The notes: generated from the letters alone by a model not told the origin. 40,857 bases of DNA from an uncultured Acetobacteraceae bacterium (GCA_964242295.1 CAXTDP010000001.1:1-40857), one strand, 5' to 3'; positions 1-9,230 are shown, numbered from the stretch's first letter. Numbers and translations are program-made.

Positions 1-13
1 TGGCAGCGAAAAC

Positions 14-193
14 TCACCCGAAACCAGGGTCGCTACTTCCGGCGCGGAGTACTAGAAGAACGGCGCTGGCCGGCACGATGCCCTGCAATGCCGTGTGATA
101 GAGGTTCGGCTGCCTGAGCTGGCCCAAGGGCACATAGGGCACGGTGTTGAATGCCTCCTGCTCCATCCCGGCTGCCAGGCGCTCGGCGGCCGA
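14..193 (-). pseudogene. C-terminal remnant resembling a family-5 (peptide/nickel type) ABC substrate-binding protein; frame is inconsistent with the coding signal just upstream
   Basis: The minus-strand frame ending at TGA (16..14) reads ...AERLAAGMEQEAFNTVPYVPLGQLRQPNLYHTALQGIVPA. This is the conserved C-terminal VPY/IPLGQ block of family-5 SBPs. The frame is closed by TAA/TGA a little further upstream. From ~200 to ~345 the GC3-rich signal sits in a different frame (ORF 33..455). Confidence 0.35.
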
Positions 194-563
194 TGCCGGT
201 GCGCGGATGTTCCTTGAACAGGATGATCGCGTCGGCGTTGCTCCGCATCCGGTCGGTTAGGCAGCAGTGCAGGTTCAATTCGATGCTCACCTTCGCGGAC
301 GCCCCGACCGCCTCGCGCACCTGGGCCAGGGTGTCGCCCCACCCGGTGGCTGCGGCAGGCGGTGGAAGCGTCAGCCCGGGGTTGTCCCGTGGACGCCGGT
401 GAGGGAAACCATGGTTCCAGCCGCACGCTAGGCAATCTCCGGCTGAGGCTGGCACTTGCTTATGCGGACGGGATCATGACCGGCTTTGGCCTAGCCGGCG
501 TCCGGCAGTGCTGCCGGACCTGACACGGCACGGGTTACTCTTACGGAAAGGCCAGGATACGGA

Positions 564-1739
564 ATGCTGCAACAGGTGAATGCGCCAGGCCCGCTGGGGA
601 CGGAGCCGGTGCGGGTAGTCATGATCCCCTCGGCGTCCGGCGGGATGGGCCACATATCCCGCACCGCGACGCTGGCACGCGCGCTGCGCCTGCTCGATCC
701 GGCGGTGGAGGTCGAATACGTGCTGGATGCCGACCGCCTGCGCGCGTTCAACATCGAAGCCACGGTGCAGATGGGCTACAAGCCGCGCTTGATGCCCGCC
801 CGGCACCGCGACAACCGGGATGCCATTGCACGGCTTTGCCTGGGAGACGCCGACGTGATCGTGGACGACACCATGCGCTTCCTGGTGCCGCTGCGGGCCA
901 GCGTCCCGCACGCCGCCTGGGTGTCCATCCCGATTACCCCAATTGGGGACGAGCTGTTCCTGGACTGGCCGTTCATGAAGCAGATGGACGCGATCATCTG
1001 GGCCTATGCCCCGCTGGTCGGCTTGCCCCGTGACCTCGACCCTGTGCTCGACCTGGTGACCGCCACCGGACCGTTCCTATTGGTGGAGGAGGTGCCAGAC
1101 CGGGCCATGAGCCGCGCCCGTCTCGGCCTCGCCCCGGATGTGCAGACGGTTGTTTATGCCCCGCGCGGCTTCCCATTCGGCCGGGAGTTCGGCCATCGCG
1201 TGCTGGCAAGTATCTATGGCGCGGTCGAGGCGCTGCGACGGACCACGCATCCGGATCTGTCGCTGACGCTGATTGCGGTCGGCGACCCATCCGACCTGCA
1301 AGGCGTTCCGGGAGTGCCTGCAACGCTGCCGCCTTGGGTCCGGGTGCACGGACTGCTCCCCCAGGGTGACGCGCTGATGCACATGCGCGCCGCGAGCGCC
1401 GTCGTCGCCGAGGGCACCAGCACGATGCACGAGGCGGCTGCGCTCGGCACGCCGCTGGTGCTGACGCCCGGCCCGATTGCCGAAACCACCCTGCTGGCGA
1501 CGAAGCTGGCCGAGCACGGCGCCGCCCGGACACTCCTGCCCCACAACGTCAGCACTGCACGCCTGGCGGAAGCGTTCGGGGCGGTGCTGGCCGACCCGGC
1601 AGCGAGTGCGGCCATGGCGGCCCGCGCCCAGTCGCTGGTAACGGGCGGCGGTGGTGTGCTGGCCGCAGCCCGGCTGGTGCTGGACCTCGCCGCACGGCAG
1701 CGGGCGCAAGGGTTGGTCGGGCGGCTGGGCGCAGCATGA
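564..1739 (+). CDS. GT-B fold glycosyltransferase (GT1/GT28, MGT/MurG-like)
   Basis: 391 aa. The N-terminus RVVMIPSASGGMGHISRTATLARAL and the C-terminal AEGTSTMHEAAALGTPLV match the GT-B nucleotide-sugar transferase pattern. The stop overlaps the next start (ATGA at 1736-1739). Confidence 0.75.
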   Translation: MLQQVNAPGPLGTEPVRVVMIPSASGGMGHISRTATLARALRLLDPAVEVEYVLDADRLRAFNIEATVQMGYKPRLMPARHRDNRDAIARLCLGDADVIVDDTMRFLVPLRASVPHAAWVSIPITPIGDELFLDWPFMKQMDAIIWAYAPLVGLPRDLDPVLDLVTATGPFLLVEEVPDRAMSRARLGLAPDVQTVVYAPRGFPFGREFGHRVLASIYGAVEALRRTTHPDLSLTLIAVGDPSDLQGVPGVPATLPPWVRVHGLLPQGDALMHMRAASAVVAEGTSTMHEAAALGTPLVLTPGPIAETTLLATKLAEHGAARTLLPHNVSTARLAEAFGAVLADPAASAAMAARAQSLVTGGGGVLAAARLVLDLAARQRAQGLVGRLGAA

Positions 1740-2479
1740 CCGGCGGCCTCGCGGGCAACTGCGCCATCGCGGTGATGGCGAAGGCGCCGCGTCCCGGACA
1801 GGTCAAGACGCGTTTGTCGCCCTTCTTGCAGCCGCACGAGGCGGCAGAGATGAGCGCGGCCTTCCTGCGGGACGTCACCGCCAACATCGCCCTTGCCTCG
1901 CAGGAGGCGGCGGTCAGCGGCTGGATCGCCTACGCGCCGGCCGGGTCGGAACTCCTGTTCGACGGCATGTTGGAGCCTGGCACGCGGCTGGTGCTCGCGG
2001 ATGGCGGGATCGAGCCTCCGCCCGGGGTGCAGGGGTTTGGGTTGTGCCTGCTGCATGCTGCCCGGTCCCTGCTGGACGACGGAGCGGATGCTGTGTGCCT
2101 GCTCAATTCTGATAGTCCTACCCTGCCGACCGCGTTGCTGGTCGAGGCGGCACGCCTGCTTGCCGTGCCAGGCGACCGCGTGGTGCTTGGCCCGGCGGAG
2201 GACGGCGGCTACTACCTGCTCGGCTTCAAGCGCCCGCATGCCGGGCTGTTCGCCGAGATTGCGTGGAGCACGGAGCGGGTGGCGGCGCAAACCCGCGAGC
2301 GCGCGGCTGGGCTGGGGCTGGGGCTGGTTGAGCTTGCCGCATGGTATGACGTGGACGACCCCGCCGCCCTGCGCCGGCTGGTCGAGGGAGGGCATGGCGG
2401 CGACCTCCTGCCCTACCCCGCCCCATCCACCACCGCCCTCGTCGCCCGTCTTGGCCTCGCACAACGCCTGCAGGCGTGA
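1736..2479 (+). CDS. DUF2064 / TIGR04282-type (CofC-like nucleotidyltransferase fold) protein
   Basis: 247 aa. It carries AVMAKAPRPGQVKTRLSP near the N-terminus, then LLNSDSPTLP and GPAEDGGYYLLG. These are the characteristic DUF2064 blocks. It is translationally coupled to the upstream GT. Confidence 0.75.
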   Translation: MTGGLAGNCAIAVMAKAPRPGQVKTRLSPFLQPHEAAEMSAAFLRDVTANIALASQEAAVSGWIAYAPAGSELLFDGMLEPGTRLVLADGGIEPPPGVQGFGLCLLHAARSLLDDGADAVCLLNSDSPTLPTALLVEAARLLAVPGDRVVLGPAEDGGYYLLGFKRPHAGLFAEIAWSTERVAAQTRERAAGLGLGLVELAAWYDVDDPAALRRLVEGGHGGDLLPYPAPSTTALVARLGLAQRLQA

Positions 2480-2601
2480 GGCGGTCCGATCCGCTCTTTG
2501 CCGGTGATGGCATGATCGCAGGCGGCCATACGATCCGGTGAAGTCGGCAACGCCCGGCCATTTCCACCGTTGGCGGCGCGACGGACGCGGAGTGCAGGGC
2601 G

Positions 2602-2907
2602 ATGGGTCTGAACGGCAAGATGGCGCTGGTCACGGGGCGAACTCCGGCATCGGCCAGGCAACTGCGGCGGCATCCGCGAAGGCGGGCGCCGACGTGTGCA
2701 TCACCGTCCACACCCACGAGGACGGAGCGAAGAGACGATCCTGGGCAGCGTGAGAAGTCCACGCAGAATATTCCCTGGCGCTGCCCGGGCCGTCCGGAGG
2801 AGATCGCGGGGCTGGCCGTGTTCCTGGCGTTGGATGCGAGGGATTACGCCACTGGCCAAACCTTCGTCATGGACGGCGGGCTGACCATGAACTGGGACGG
2901 GGCCTGA
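2602..2907 (+). pseudogene. short-chain dehydrogenase/reductase remnant (frameshift plus large internal deletion)
   Basis: One frame gives MGLNGKMALVTG. The expected continuation NSGIGQATAAASAKAGADVCI lies in another frame (ORF 2538..2753). The SDR C-terminus PGRPEEIAGLAVFLALDARDYATGQTFVMDGGLTM returns in the first frame. The ~150 residues that should carry the catalytic Ser/Tyr/Lys are absent. Confidence 0.7.
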
Positions 2908-3058
2908 GCAGGCCTACGCAGCCTGGCAGCCATGTGGCGTGTTTCCGTGGGCCGAACCGTGTGCGCCTGCCTCCGTCTCTCCAGCGACAAGACTTGGAAA
3001 CGTCCGTTGAGCAGCCCATGCCGGCGGCCAGCGGGCGTCCACATACAGGAGAAGAACA

Positions 3059-4282
3059 ATGCATGATCTTTACCGCCGCGCCATCCTGGCGGCCACCGGA
3101 GGCGCGGCCTTGACCGCCGCCGCCCAGGCTCAAGGCACGACAGCCCCGGTGCGCGGCGACGAGGGCGCCTCCATTGTCGGGCCGACCAATACGGCCCGCC
3201 AGGCGCAGGAGCCGTTCACGACCATGCCGCCGAAGACCGACCATGGCACCATGCCCAACCTGAAATGGTCGTTCACCGACAGCCATATGCGGTTGGAGAA
3301 AGACGGATGGGCACGCCAGACCACCGTCCGCGAGCTGCCGGCGTCCAAGGAGATGGCCGGGGTGAACATGCGGCTGAAGGCCAACGTCGCGCGGGAGATG
3401 CACTGGCACAAGGAAGGCGAGTGGTCCTACGTCCTGAAAGGCCGCGCCCGCATCACCGCCGTGGACCAGGACGGCCACACCTTCATCGCCGACGTGGGCG
3501 AGGGCGACCTTTGGTACTTTCCCTCCGGCATCCCGCACTCGATCCAAGGGCTGGACAGCGACATTGACGGGGTCGAGTTCCTGCTGGTGTTCGACGATGG
3601 CAGCTTCTCGGAGGATAGCACCTTCCTGATTACCGACTGGCTGGCGCATACGCCCCGTGACGTGCTGGCGAAGAACCTAGGCGTGGCCGAGGAGGCGCTC
3701 GCGCACCTGCCGGAGAAGGAGCGCTACATCTTCCCGGCGGCGCCGCCGGCGTCCTTCGATCAGGACCGGATGGCTGGGACCGGGCCGATGCCGCAATCCT
3801 TTGCTCACCGCATGACGGCGCAGGACCCGCAGCGCATGCCTGGCGGCAGCATTCGCATCACCGACACCCGCAACTTCCCGGCCTCCAAGACCATCGCTGC
3901 CGGTCTGATCGAATTGGAGCCCGGCGCCATGCGCGAACTGCACTGGCATCCGAACGGTGCGGAGTGGCAGTACTACCTGGAGGGCGAAGGCCGCATGACG
4001 GTGTTCGGGTCCGAAGGCAAGGCGCGGACCTTTGATTACCGGGCTGGCGACGTAGGCTATGTACCGTTTGCGATGGGCCACTACATCGAGAACACGGGCA
4101 CATCAACGATGCGCTTCCTGGAAGTGTTCCGCAGCGACCGGTTCGCCAGCCTGTCGCTGAACCAATGGATGAAGCTGACCCCGCCGGAGCTGGTGCGGTC
4201 GCACCTGAACATCGCGCAGGATGTGCTGGATGGGCTGCCGGTGGAGCAGCGTCCCGTCGTGCCGGCACGCCGCCAGACATGA
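3059..4282 (+). CDS. bicupin, oxalate decarboxylase/oxidase family, probably Tat-exported
   Basis: 407 aa. It has two cupin metal sites: MHWHKEGEW...PSGIPHSIQ and [10 protein letters not shown]...[10 protein letters not shown]. The N-terminus is [26 protein letters not shown] (twin-Arg plus hydrophobic core plus AxA). An AGGAGA Shine-Dalgarno lies upstream. Confidence 0.85.
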   Translation: MHDLYRRAILAATGGAALTAAAQAQGTTAPVRGDEGASIVGPTNTARQAQEPFTTMPPKTDHGTMPNLKWSFTDSHMRLEKDGWARQTTVRELPASKEMAGVNMRLKANVAREMHWHKEGEWSYVLKGRARITAVDQDGHTFIADVGEGDLWYFPSGIPHSIQGLDSDIDGVEFLLVFDDGSFSEDSTFLITDWLAHTPRDVLAKNLGVAEEALAHLPEKERYIFPAAPPASFDQDRMAGTGPMPQSFAHRMTAQDPQRMPGGSIRITDTRNFPASKTIAAGLIELEPGAMRELHWHPNGAEWQYYLEGEGRMTVFGSEGKARTFDYRAGDVGYVPFAMGHYIENTGTSTMRFLEVFRSDRFASLSLNQWMKLTPPELVRSHLNIAQDVLDGLPVEQRPVVPARRQT

Positions 4283-5139
4283 GCGGGGTGCTGGCCGGCA
4301 AGGTCGCGGTCGTGACCGGAGCGGCCCGGGGAATTGGCCGGGCGACGGCGGTGGCCTTTGCCCGGGAAGGGGCCGATGTCCTTGGCATAGACATCGCCGG
4401 GCCGGTCAGCGCGACGCTGGATGTCGAGCAGGCGACGCCGGACGAGCTGGCGGAAACCGGCGGCCTGGCGGAAGCGGCTGGCGGCCGTTGGATGGCACGC
4501 ACGCTGGATCAGAGAGACTTGCCGGCGTTGCGCCAGGCGGCGGCCGATGCGATGGCGGCCTGGGGGCGCATTGACATCCTGTTCGCCAACGCGGGGATAC
4601 AGGGCTTCAAGTCCATTTTGGAGATGGAGGACGCGGATTGGCACGACCAGCTCGACGTCAACCTGACCGGCACCGCCAATGCCATACGCGCCTTTGCGCC
4701 GCACATCGTTGCGGGCGGACGGGGTGGGCGGATCATCGTCACGTCCAGCACCCAGGGGCGCCACGGCACCCGGTTCGGCTCGGCCTACTCCGCGTCCAAG
4801 TGGGGCATCATCGGGCTGATGAAGTCGGCGGCGCTGGACCTGGGGGAGCATGGCATCACCGTGAACGCCGTCGTCCCTGGCCTTATTGATACGCCGTTGA
4901 CCCGGCATCACGAGCGCTATGCCCAGGGGGTTGGCGACCTGCAGACCACGAAGCCGGAAGGGCAGCTTGAGGCCGAGGCCGCCAAGTCGTTCGCGAAGAA
5001 AACCACGCTGGACGTTGCCTTCATCAACCCGGCGGATGTCGCCCCCGTTGTGGTGTTCCTGGCGTCGGACGCCGCCCGGATGGTGAGCGGCGCCACCTAT
5101 GACGTGACGGCCGGCGACAGCGCCAACAACGCGGCATGA
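4279..5139 (+). CDS. SDR family oxidoreductase (carveol-dehydrogenase-like subfamily)
   Basis: The start is taken at ATG 4279 (ATGA overlap with the upstream stop), giving [22 protein letters not shown]. The catalytic motif is YSASK. The insert [24 protein letters not shown] after the second beta-strand is typical of this SDR subgroup. Confidence 0.85.
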   Translation: MSGVLAGKVAVVTGAARGIGRATAVAFAREGADVLGIDIAGPVSATLDVEQATPDELAETGGLAEAAGGRWMARTLDQRDLPALRQAAADAMAAWGRIDILFANAGIQGFKSILEMEDADWHDQLDVNLTGTANAIRAFAPHIVAGGRGGRIIVTSSTQGRHGTRFGSAYSASKWGIIGLMKSAALDLGEHGITVNAVVPGLIDTPLTRHHERYAQGVGDLQTTKPEGQLEAEAAKSFAKKTTLDVAFINPADVAPVVVFLASDAARMVSGATYDVTAGDSANNAA

Positions 5140-5283
5140 GGGCAGTTGGGACTATGTGCGCCGTCGTATTGGTGGGCATAGGCGCCCGCAGTCCAAACAC
5201 GGGATCGTTGGTTTCGGCTCGGCGGAAGTCCGGTTAATGCGCAGTTGTCCTAATTTTGGACGGATATTTCGAGGGAGGGTCAC

Positions 5284-5994
5284 ATGATCCGCAAGCTTTC
5301 GCTCGTTGCCGCCTTGGCGGCGGCATCTGCGCTGATGAAGCCTGCTTACTCCGCGCCGGTTTACGTGGCCCTTGGTGACTCCATCACCTTTGGCGAGACT
5401 GACTTGAATTATGTGCAGTCACTTGGCGACCGCGGCTATGTCGGCCAGTTCGCCAATACGCTTGCTGCAAGCAACGGCGGCGTCCGGCCAAGCGTGGTCA
5501 ACCTGGCCATTGATGGCGAGACCGCATCCAGCTTCATGACCAATGCCGGCCGGCCCCCGCCCGTGGTGGGCCGCGGCGACGCGGCGTTGCAGCTTGAGAA
5601 CCTGAACTACGGCAACAGCACCGCACTTTCGCAGGGTGCCGTGTTCGCCAACACGGTCGCCGCGGAACAGGCACAGGGCAACACGATCAGCACGATCACG
5701 GTCACGCTGGGGTTCAACGAGCTTGCGGCGCTGGCGCCGATGCAGAACACGCCTGCCGCCGAGGCCGCCGCCATTGCGCAGATCCCGGGCACGCTGGCCG
5801 CCTACCAGGCCAACTACACGGCGGTGCTGAACGAAATACGCAGCCTGGCGCCGAACGCGAACCTTTATCTGCTGGGATATTACAATCCGTTCCCAGCCGA
5901 TCCCACCAGCCCGGCTGCACCTGTGTTCAACGCCGGCGGGACCGCGCTCAATGGCGTGATCCAGGGCTTGGCGGCGCAGTTCGGCGCGGCCTAA
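5284..5994 (+). CDS. secreted SGNH/GDSL hydrolase, N-terminal part (ends at an in-frame TAA)
   Basis: It has the signal peptide MIRKLSLVAALAAASALMKPAYSA and block I ALGDSITFGE. The ORF terminates at TAA 5992-5994, before the His block. Confidence 0.75.
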   Translation: MIRKLSLVAALAAASALMKPAYSAPVYVALGDSITFGETDLNYVQSLGDRGYVGQFANTLAASNGGVRPSVVNLAIDGETASSFMTNAGRPPPVVGRGDAALQLENLNYGNSTALSQGAVFANTVAAEQAQGNTISTITVTLGFNELAALAPMQNTPAAEAAAIAQIPGTLAAYQANYTAVLNEIRSLAPNANLYLLGYYNPFPADPTSPAAPVFNAGGTALNGVIQGLAAQFGAA

Positions 5995-6255
5995 GTGAAC
6001 AACGCCACGCCGTTCCTGGGGAATGAGGCGCAGTATACCTACCAGGCCGTGCAGCCCGCCGGGTCCAGCGTGTCCGGCGCGTTTGGCGGGATGCTGCCGA
6101 TCGGCAACGTCCATCCGAATGCCCTGGGCTACAGCGTGATCGCTGCCGATGTGGCGGCGTCCAGCGTACCGGAGCCGGCGAGCCTGCTGGTGCTGGCTGC
6201 TGGCATCGGCGCAGTTGGGCTAGTAGGCCGGCGCCGCGTGGGGGTGGCCCCCTAA
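5995..6255 (+). CDS. C-terminal part of the same SGNH hydrolase, carrying a PEP-CTERM sorting signal
   Basis: It is in the same frame as 5284..5994 and begins immediately after the TAA (GTG at 5995). It contains the SGNH block V NVHPNALGYSVIA. It ends with VPEPASLLVLAAGIGAVGLVGRRR, i.e. PEP motif, TM helix and Arg cluster. Confidence 0.5.
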   Translation: MNNATPFLGNEAQYTYQAVQPAGSSVSGAFGGMLPIGNVHPNALGYSVIAADVAASSVPEPASLLVLAAGIGAVGLVGRRRVGVAP

Positions 6256-7880
6256 TGGGCTTGCCGGTCCGCTACGACCCTTCGCTGGATCACGTTCCAT
6301 CTGATGAGGCCGAAACCCGCGATGGGCTGATTGCGGCAATGCGCGGCATTGCGCAAACGACGCTACGCGACTACGGGCACGCCGTGCGCAGCGTCCATGC
6401 CAAGAGCCACGCGCTGCTGGAAGGCGAGCTGACAGTTCTGGAAGGGCTGCCGGCCGAGTTGGCTCAAGGCATGTTCTCCCATCCTGGTACGTATCCGGTG
6501 GCAATGCGCCTTTCGACCAATCCTGGCGACATCCTGGATGACCGGGTGTCCGCGCCGCGTGGACTCGCCGTCAAGGTGATCGGCGTTGCGGGTGCCCGGC
6601 TGCCGGGGTCGGAGGATGCGGTGACGCAAGACTTCGTGATGGGGAACGGCCCGGCCTTCGTGGCGCCCGATGCCAAGGCGTTCCTGGGGAGCCTCAAGCT
6701 GCTTGCTGTCACGACCGACAAGGCGGAGGTTGCCAAGATCGCACTGTCCACTGCGCTACGTGGGGTCGGTGGCGCACTGAAGGCCGTAGGGGTGGAAAGC
6801 CCGCAAGTGAAGAGCATGGGCGGCCAGCCGCTGACCCATCCGCTGGGCGAGAGCTTCTACAGCCAGGCGGCGTTGCGCCATGGCGACTACGTGGCCAAGG
6901 TCATGGTGGCACCTGTCTCGCCGAACCTTGCGGCGTTGAAGGACCAGCCGCTGGACCTGCGTGGCAACTCCAACGGGCTGCGCCAGGCAGCTATTGACGC
7001 CCTGGCGCAGGACGGGGGCGAATGGGAGGTGCGCGTCCAGCTTTGCACCGACCTGGACCGGATGCCGGTCGAGGATGCCTCGGTCGTCTGGTCGGAGGAG
7101 GCCAGCCCTTACCGTCCAGTCGCCCGCATCCGGGTGGCGGCGCAGCCTGCCTGGAGCGAGGCGCGTGCGGCGCAAGGCGATGACGGGCTGGCGTTCTCCC
7201 CCTGGCATGGGTTGGCGGCGCATCAGCCGCTAGGATCGATCAACCGGGTGCGCCGGCCCACCTATGCCGCGATCTCGGCGTTCCGGGCGGAGCATAACGG
7301 GCAGCCCAATCCGGAGCCGCATGGGGCAGTCGGCTTGTCGCACGTGCCGGCCAGCGCGGCGGGGACGACGCCGGGGCGCGAGGGTTTCCGGAATACCCGG
7401 GGCCGCATCCGCAAGGCGGGCCTCGGCCCGCGTGCCGCGGCCGGCGCAGCGGGCGGCCTGGTGGGCGGGTTGCTGGTGTCCGCGGCCCTGCTGCTCAAGC
7501 AGGCGGCGACGGGCCATCCGTCCGACTTGGTGCAGCTTGAGCGCAAGCTGAGATCGCCCCGGACTCCGTCGTGGCTGCAGGGCGATGCCAGCCTGGCCGA
7601 GAAAGGTATGGCGCATGGCGGCCACTTGGCGTTGTCGGTGGCCTCTGGGGCGATTTATGGCGCGTTGAAGCCGGAGGGCGCGTCGCCGGTCGAGGCCGGG
7701 CTGGCGTTCGGCATGGGCTTCATGGCGCTGGCTTACGGCGGTGCTGGCCCGGCACTGCGGCTGACGCCGCCGCCCTCACGCGACACGCCGGCCAACACGC
7801 TGCAGCACGTGATGATGCATACGCTGTTCGGGGTCGCCACGGCGGTGGTCGCCGACCGCATCATGCGGCGGCGCCGGTGA
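6255..7880 (+). CDS. catalase-related haem protein fused to a C-terminal multi-TM domain
   Basis: 541 aa. Catalase-core blocks are VRSVHAKSHA (distal His), RLSTNPGD...APRGLAVKV, and the proximal-Tyr block RVRRPTYAAISAFR. Residues ~400-541 are hydrophobic (LVGGLLVSAALLL, HLALSVASGAIYGAL, LAFGMGFMALAYGG, HTLFGVATAVVA). There is a TAATG overlap with the upstream ORF. Confidence 0.8.
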   Translation: MGLPVRYDPSLDHVPSDEAETRDGLIAAMRGIAQTTLRDYGHAVRSVHAKSHALLEGELTVLEGLPAELAQGMFSHPGTYPVAMRLSTNPGDILDDRVSAPRGLAVKVIGVAGARLPGSEDAVTQDFVMGNGPAFVAPDAKAFLGSLKLLAVTTDKAEVAKIALSTALRGVGGALKAVGVESPQVKSMGGQPLTHPLGESFYSQAALRHGDYVAKVMVAPVSPNLAALKDQPLDLRGNSNGLRQAAIDALAQDGGEWEVRVQLCTDLDRMPVEDASVVWSEEASPYRPVARIRVAAQPAWSEARAAQGDDGLAFSPWHGLAAHQPLGSINRVRRPTYAAISAFRAEHNGQPNPEPHGAVGLSHVPASAAGTTPGREGFRNTRGRIRKAGLGPRAAAGAAGGLVGGLLVSAALLLKQAATGHPSDLVQLERKLRSPRTPSWLQGDASLAEKGMAHGGHLALSVASGAIYGALKPEGASPVEAGLAFGMGFMALAYGGAGPALRLTPPPSRDTPANTLQHVMMHTLFGVATAVVADRIMRRRR

Positions 7881-7890
7881 TGGAGGCGCA

Positions 7891-8140
7891 TCCTGCCTCG
7901 TGCTGGCCGCCGCCGTGGAGGGCCTGTCCGCCAAGGGTGGCCCGCCGCACCTGATGCAGCAGGCATTGCTGGAGTGCGACGTGTGTCAGTACGGCTACTG
8001 CACGCCGGGCCAAATCCTGGGCGCCGTCGCCGGTGTGCGGGAGGGACTTGCCGGGACCAAGGGCGACGTGCGCGATCATAAGGGTGGCAACCTCTGCTGC
8101 TGCACCGCCCACCGTGACATGGCGGGCCTGGCCAGTACCG
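7891..8140 (+). pseudogene. remnant of a [2Fe-2S]-binding small subunit (CoxS / xanthine-dehydrogenase family)
   Basis: The frame reads SCLVLAAAVEGLSAKGGPPHLMQQALLECDVCQYGYCTPGQILGAV...GGNLCCCTAHRDM. This compares with the family consensus SCL...TiEGL...hPlQ.AF.....QCGyCTPG....GNLCRCTGY. The N-terminal ferredoxin-like half is missing, the Cys motifs are corrupted, and there is no start codon. Confidence 0.6.
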
Positions 8141-8419
8141 TGCTGCAACGGACCTGTTGTCCTTCGCGATATCGCCTGAATCGCCTGCAACAAGCGCACG
8201 CCGGCACCCGGCTGCGCCGCCATCGGCAGGGTTAACCGCTCACCGGCCATGCTGGGCACCAGCGTGTTATCGCATCGCCCATTACCCCGGCGACTTCGCT
8301 GTGGCACTGGTGGCCTTCGACGCTGAAGCGAACCTGCTGACGCCCGGCAAAGCCTGTTACAATGGTGCCGGCTGTGACCGGCATGCATCGCAACCCATCA
8401 GCTCTAGGAGCTACGCGCC

Positions 8420-9220
8420 ATGTCCTCCCACCTGTCCGCTGGCGAACGCCCTCTTGCCATTGTCACGGGCGCTTCCACTGGCATTGGCTACGAGTTGGCC
8501 AAGGTCTGCGCCCGCGAGGGCTTCAACCTCCTGGTCGCCGCCGACGAGCCTGAGATCCAGGGTGCTGCCGAGGATTTCCGCAAGCTCGGCGCCGCAGTGG
8601 ACGCCGTGCAGGCCGACCTGTCCACGACGGAGGGCGTGGATGCGTTGTATGCGGCGGTAAAGGGACGCCCGGTGGAGGCGCTGCTGGCGAATGCCGGGCG
8701 CGGCCTGGGGCATGGCTTCCTGGACCAGGACTGGGCGGCGGCGCGCAAGGTGGTGGACACCAACGTGGTCGGCACGATCTACCTGCTGCAGAAGGTCGGC
8801 CGCGACATGCGGGACCGCAAGCAGGGACGCATCCTGATTACCGGCTCCATCGCCGGGTTCATGCCCGGCACCTACCAGGCGGTTTACAACGCCACGAAGT
8901 CGTTCCTAGACAGCTTCTCGTTCGCGCTGCGGCATGAGGTCCGGGACCAGGGCATCACGGTCACCTGCCTGATGCCCGGCGCCACGGAGACCGAGTTCTT
9001 CGAGCGCGCGGACATGATGGACACCAAGGTCGGCACCTCCAAGAAGGAGACCGCCGCCGAGGTCGCCGAGACCGGGTTCAAGGCGATGATGAAGGGCGAG
9101 GGCGACGTGGTCAGCGGCTGGAAGAACAAGCTGCAGACCGCCATCGCCTCCGTGACCCCCGCCGGCCTGCTGGCGGAGCTGCACCGTGCCCAGGCGGAGC
9201 CGGGCAGCGCGAACAACTGA
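8420..9220 (+). CDS. SDR family oxidoreductase
   Basis: 266 aa. It has LAIVTGASTGIGYELAK (TGxxxGxG) and YNATK (catalytic Y-x3-K). Codon bias is good. Confidence 0.9.
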   Translation: MSSHLSAGERPLAIVTGASTGIGYELAKVCAREGFNLLVAADEPEIQGAAEDFRKLGAAVDAVQADLSTTEGVDALYAAVKGRPVEALLANAGRGLGHGFLDQDWAAARKVVDTNVVGTIYLLQKVGRDMRDRKQGRILITGSIAGFMPGTYQAVYNATKSFLDSFSFALRHEVRDQGITVTCLMPGATETEFFERADMMDTKVGTSKKETAAEVAETGFKAMMKGEGDVVSGWKNKLQTAIASVTPAGLLAELHRAQAEPGSANN

Positions 9221-9230
9221 AGGTGTGTCC

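Noticed and set aside
500-519. Hairpin GTCCGGCA-GTGC-TGCCGGAC upstream of the first GT gene
   Set aside because: It is a perfect 8-bp stem but has no U-tract and an ambiguous context between a decayed minus-strand gene and a plus-strand start. No function can be argued.
1214-2464. 416-aa minus-strand ORF (and similar ORFs at 994..1533 and 1077..1709) overlapping the GT-B/DUF2064 genes
   Set aside because: These are typical antisense shadow ORFs of high-G+C DNA. They are Arg/Pro/Gly/Ala-rich with no motifs, and the opposite strand carries recognisable family signatures.
4279-5139. Idea that the SDR marks a mycofactocin system
   Set aside because: Only the subfamily-type insert resembles mycofactocin-coupled SDRs. 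No mftA-F-like genes (radical SAM, small peptide, and so on) are in the window.
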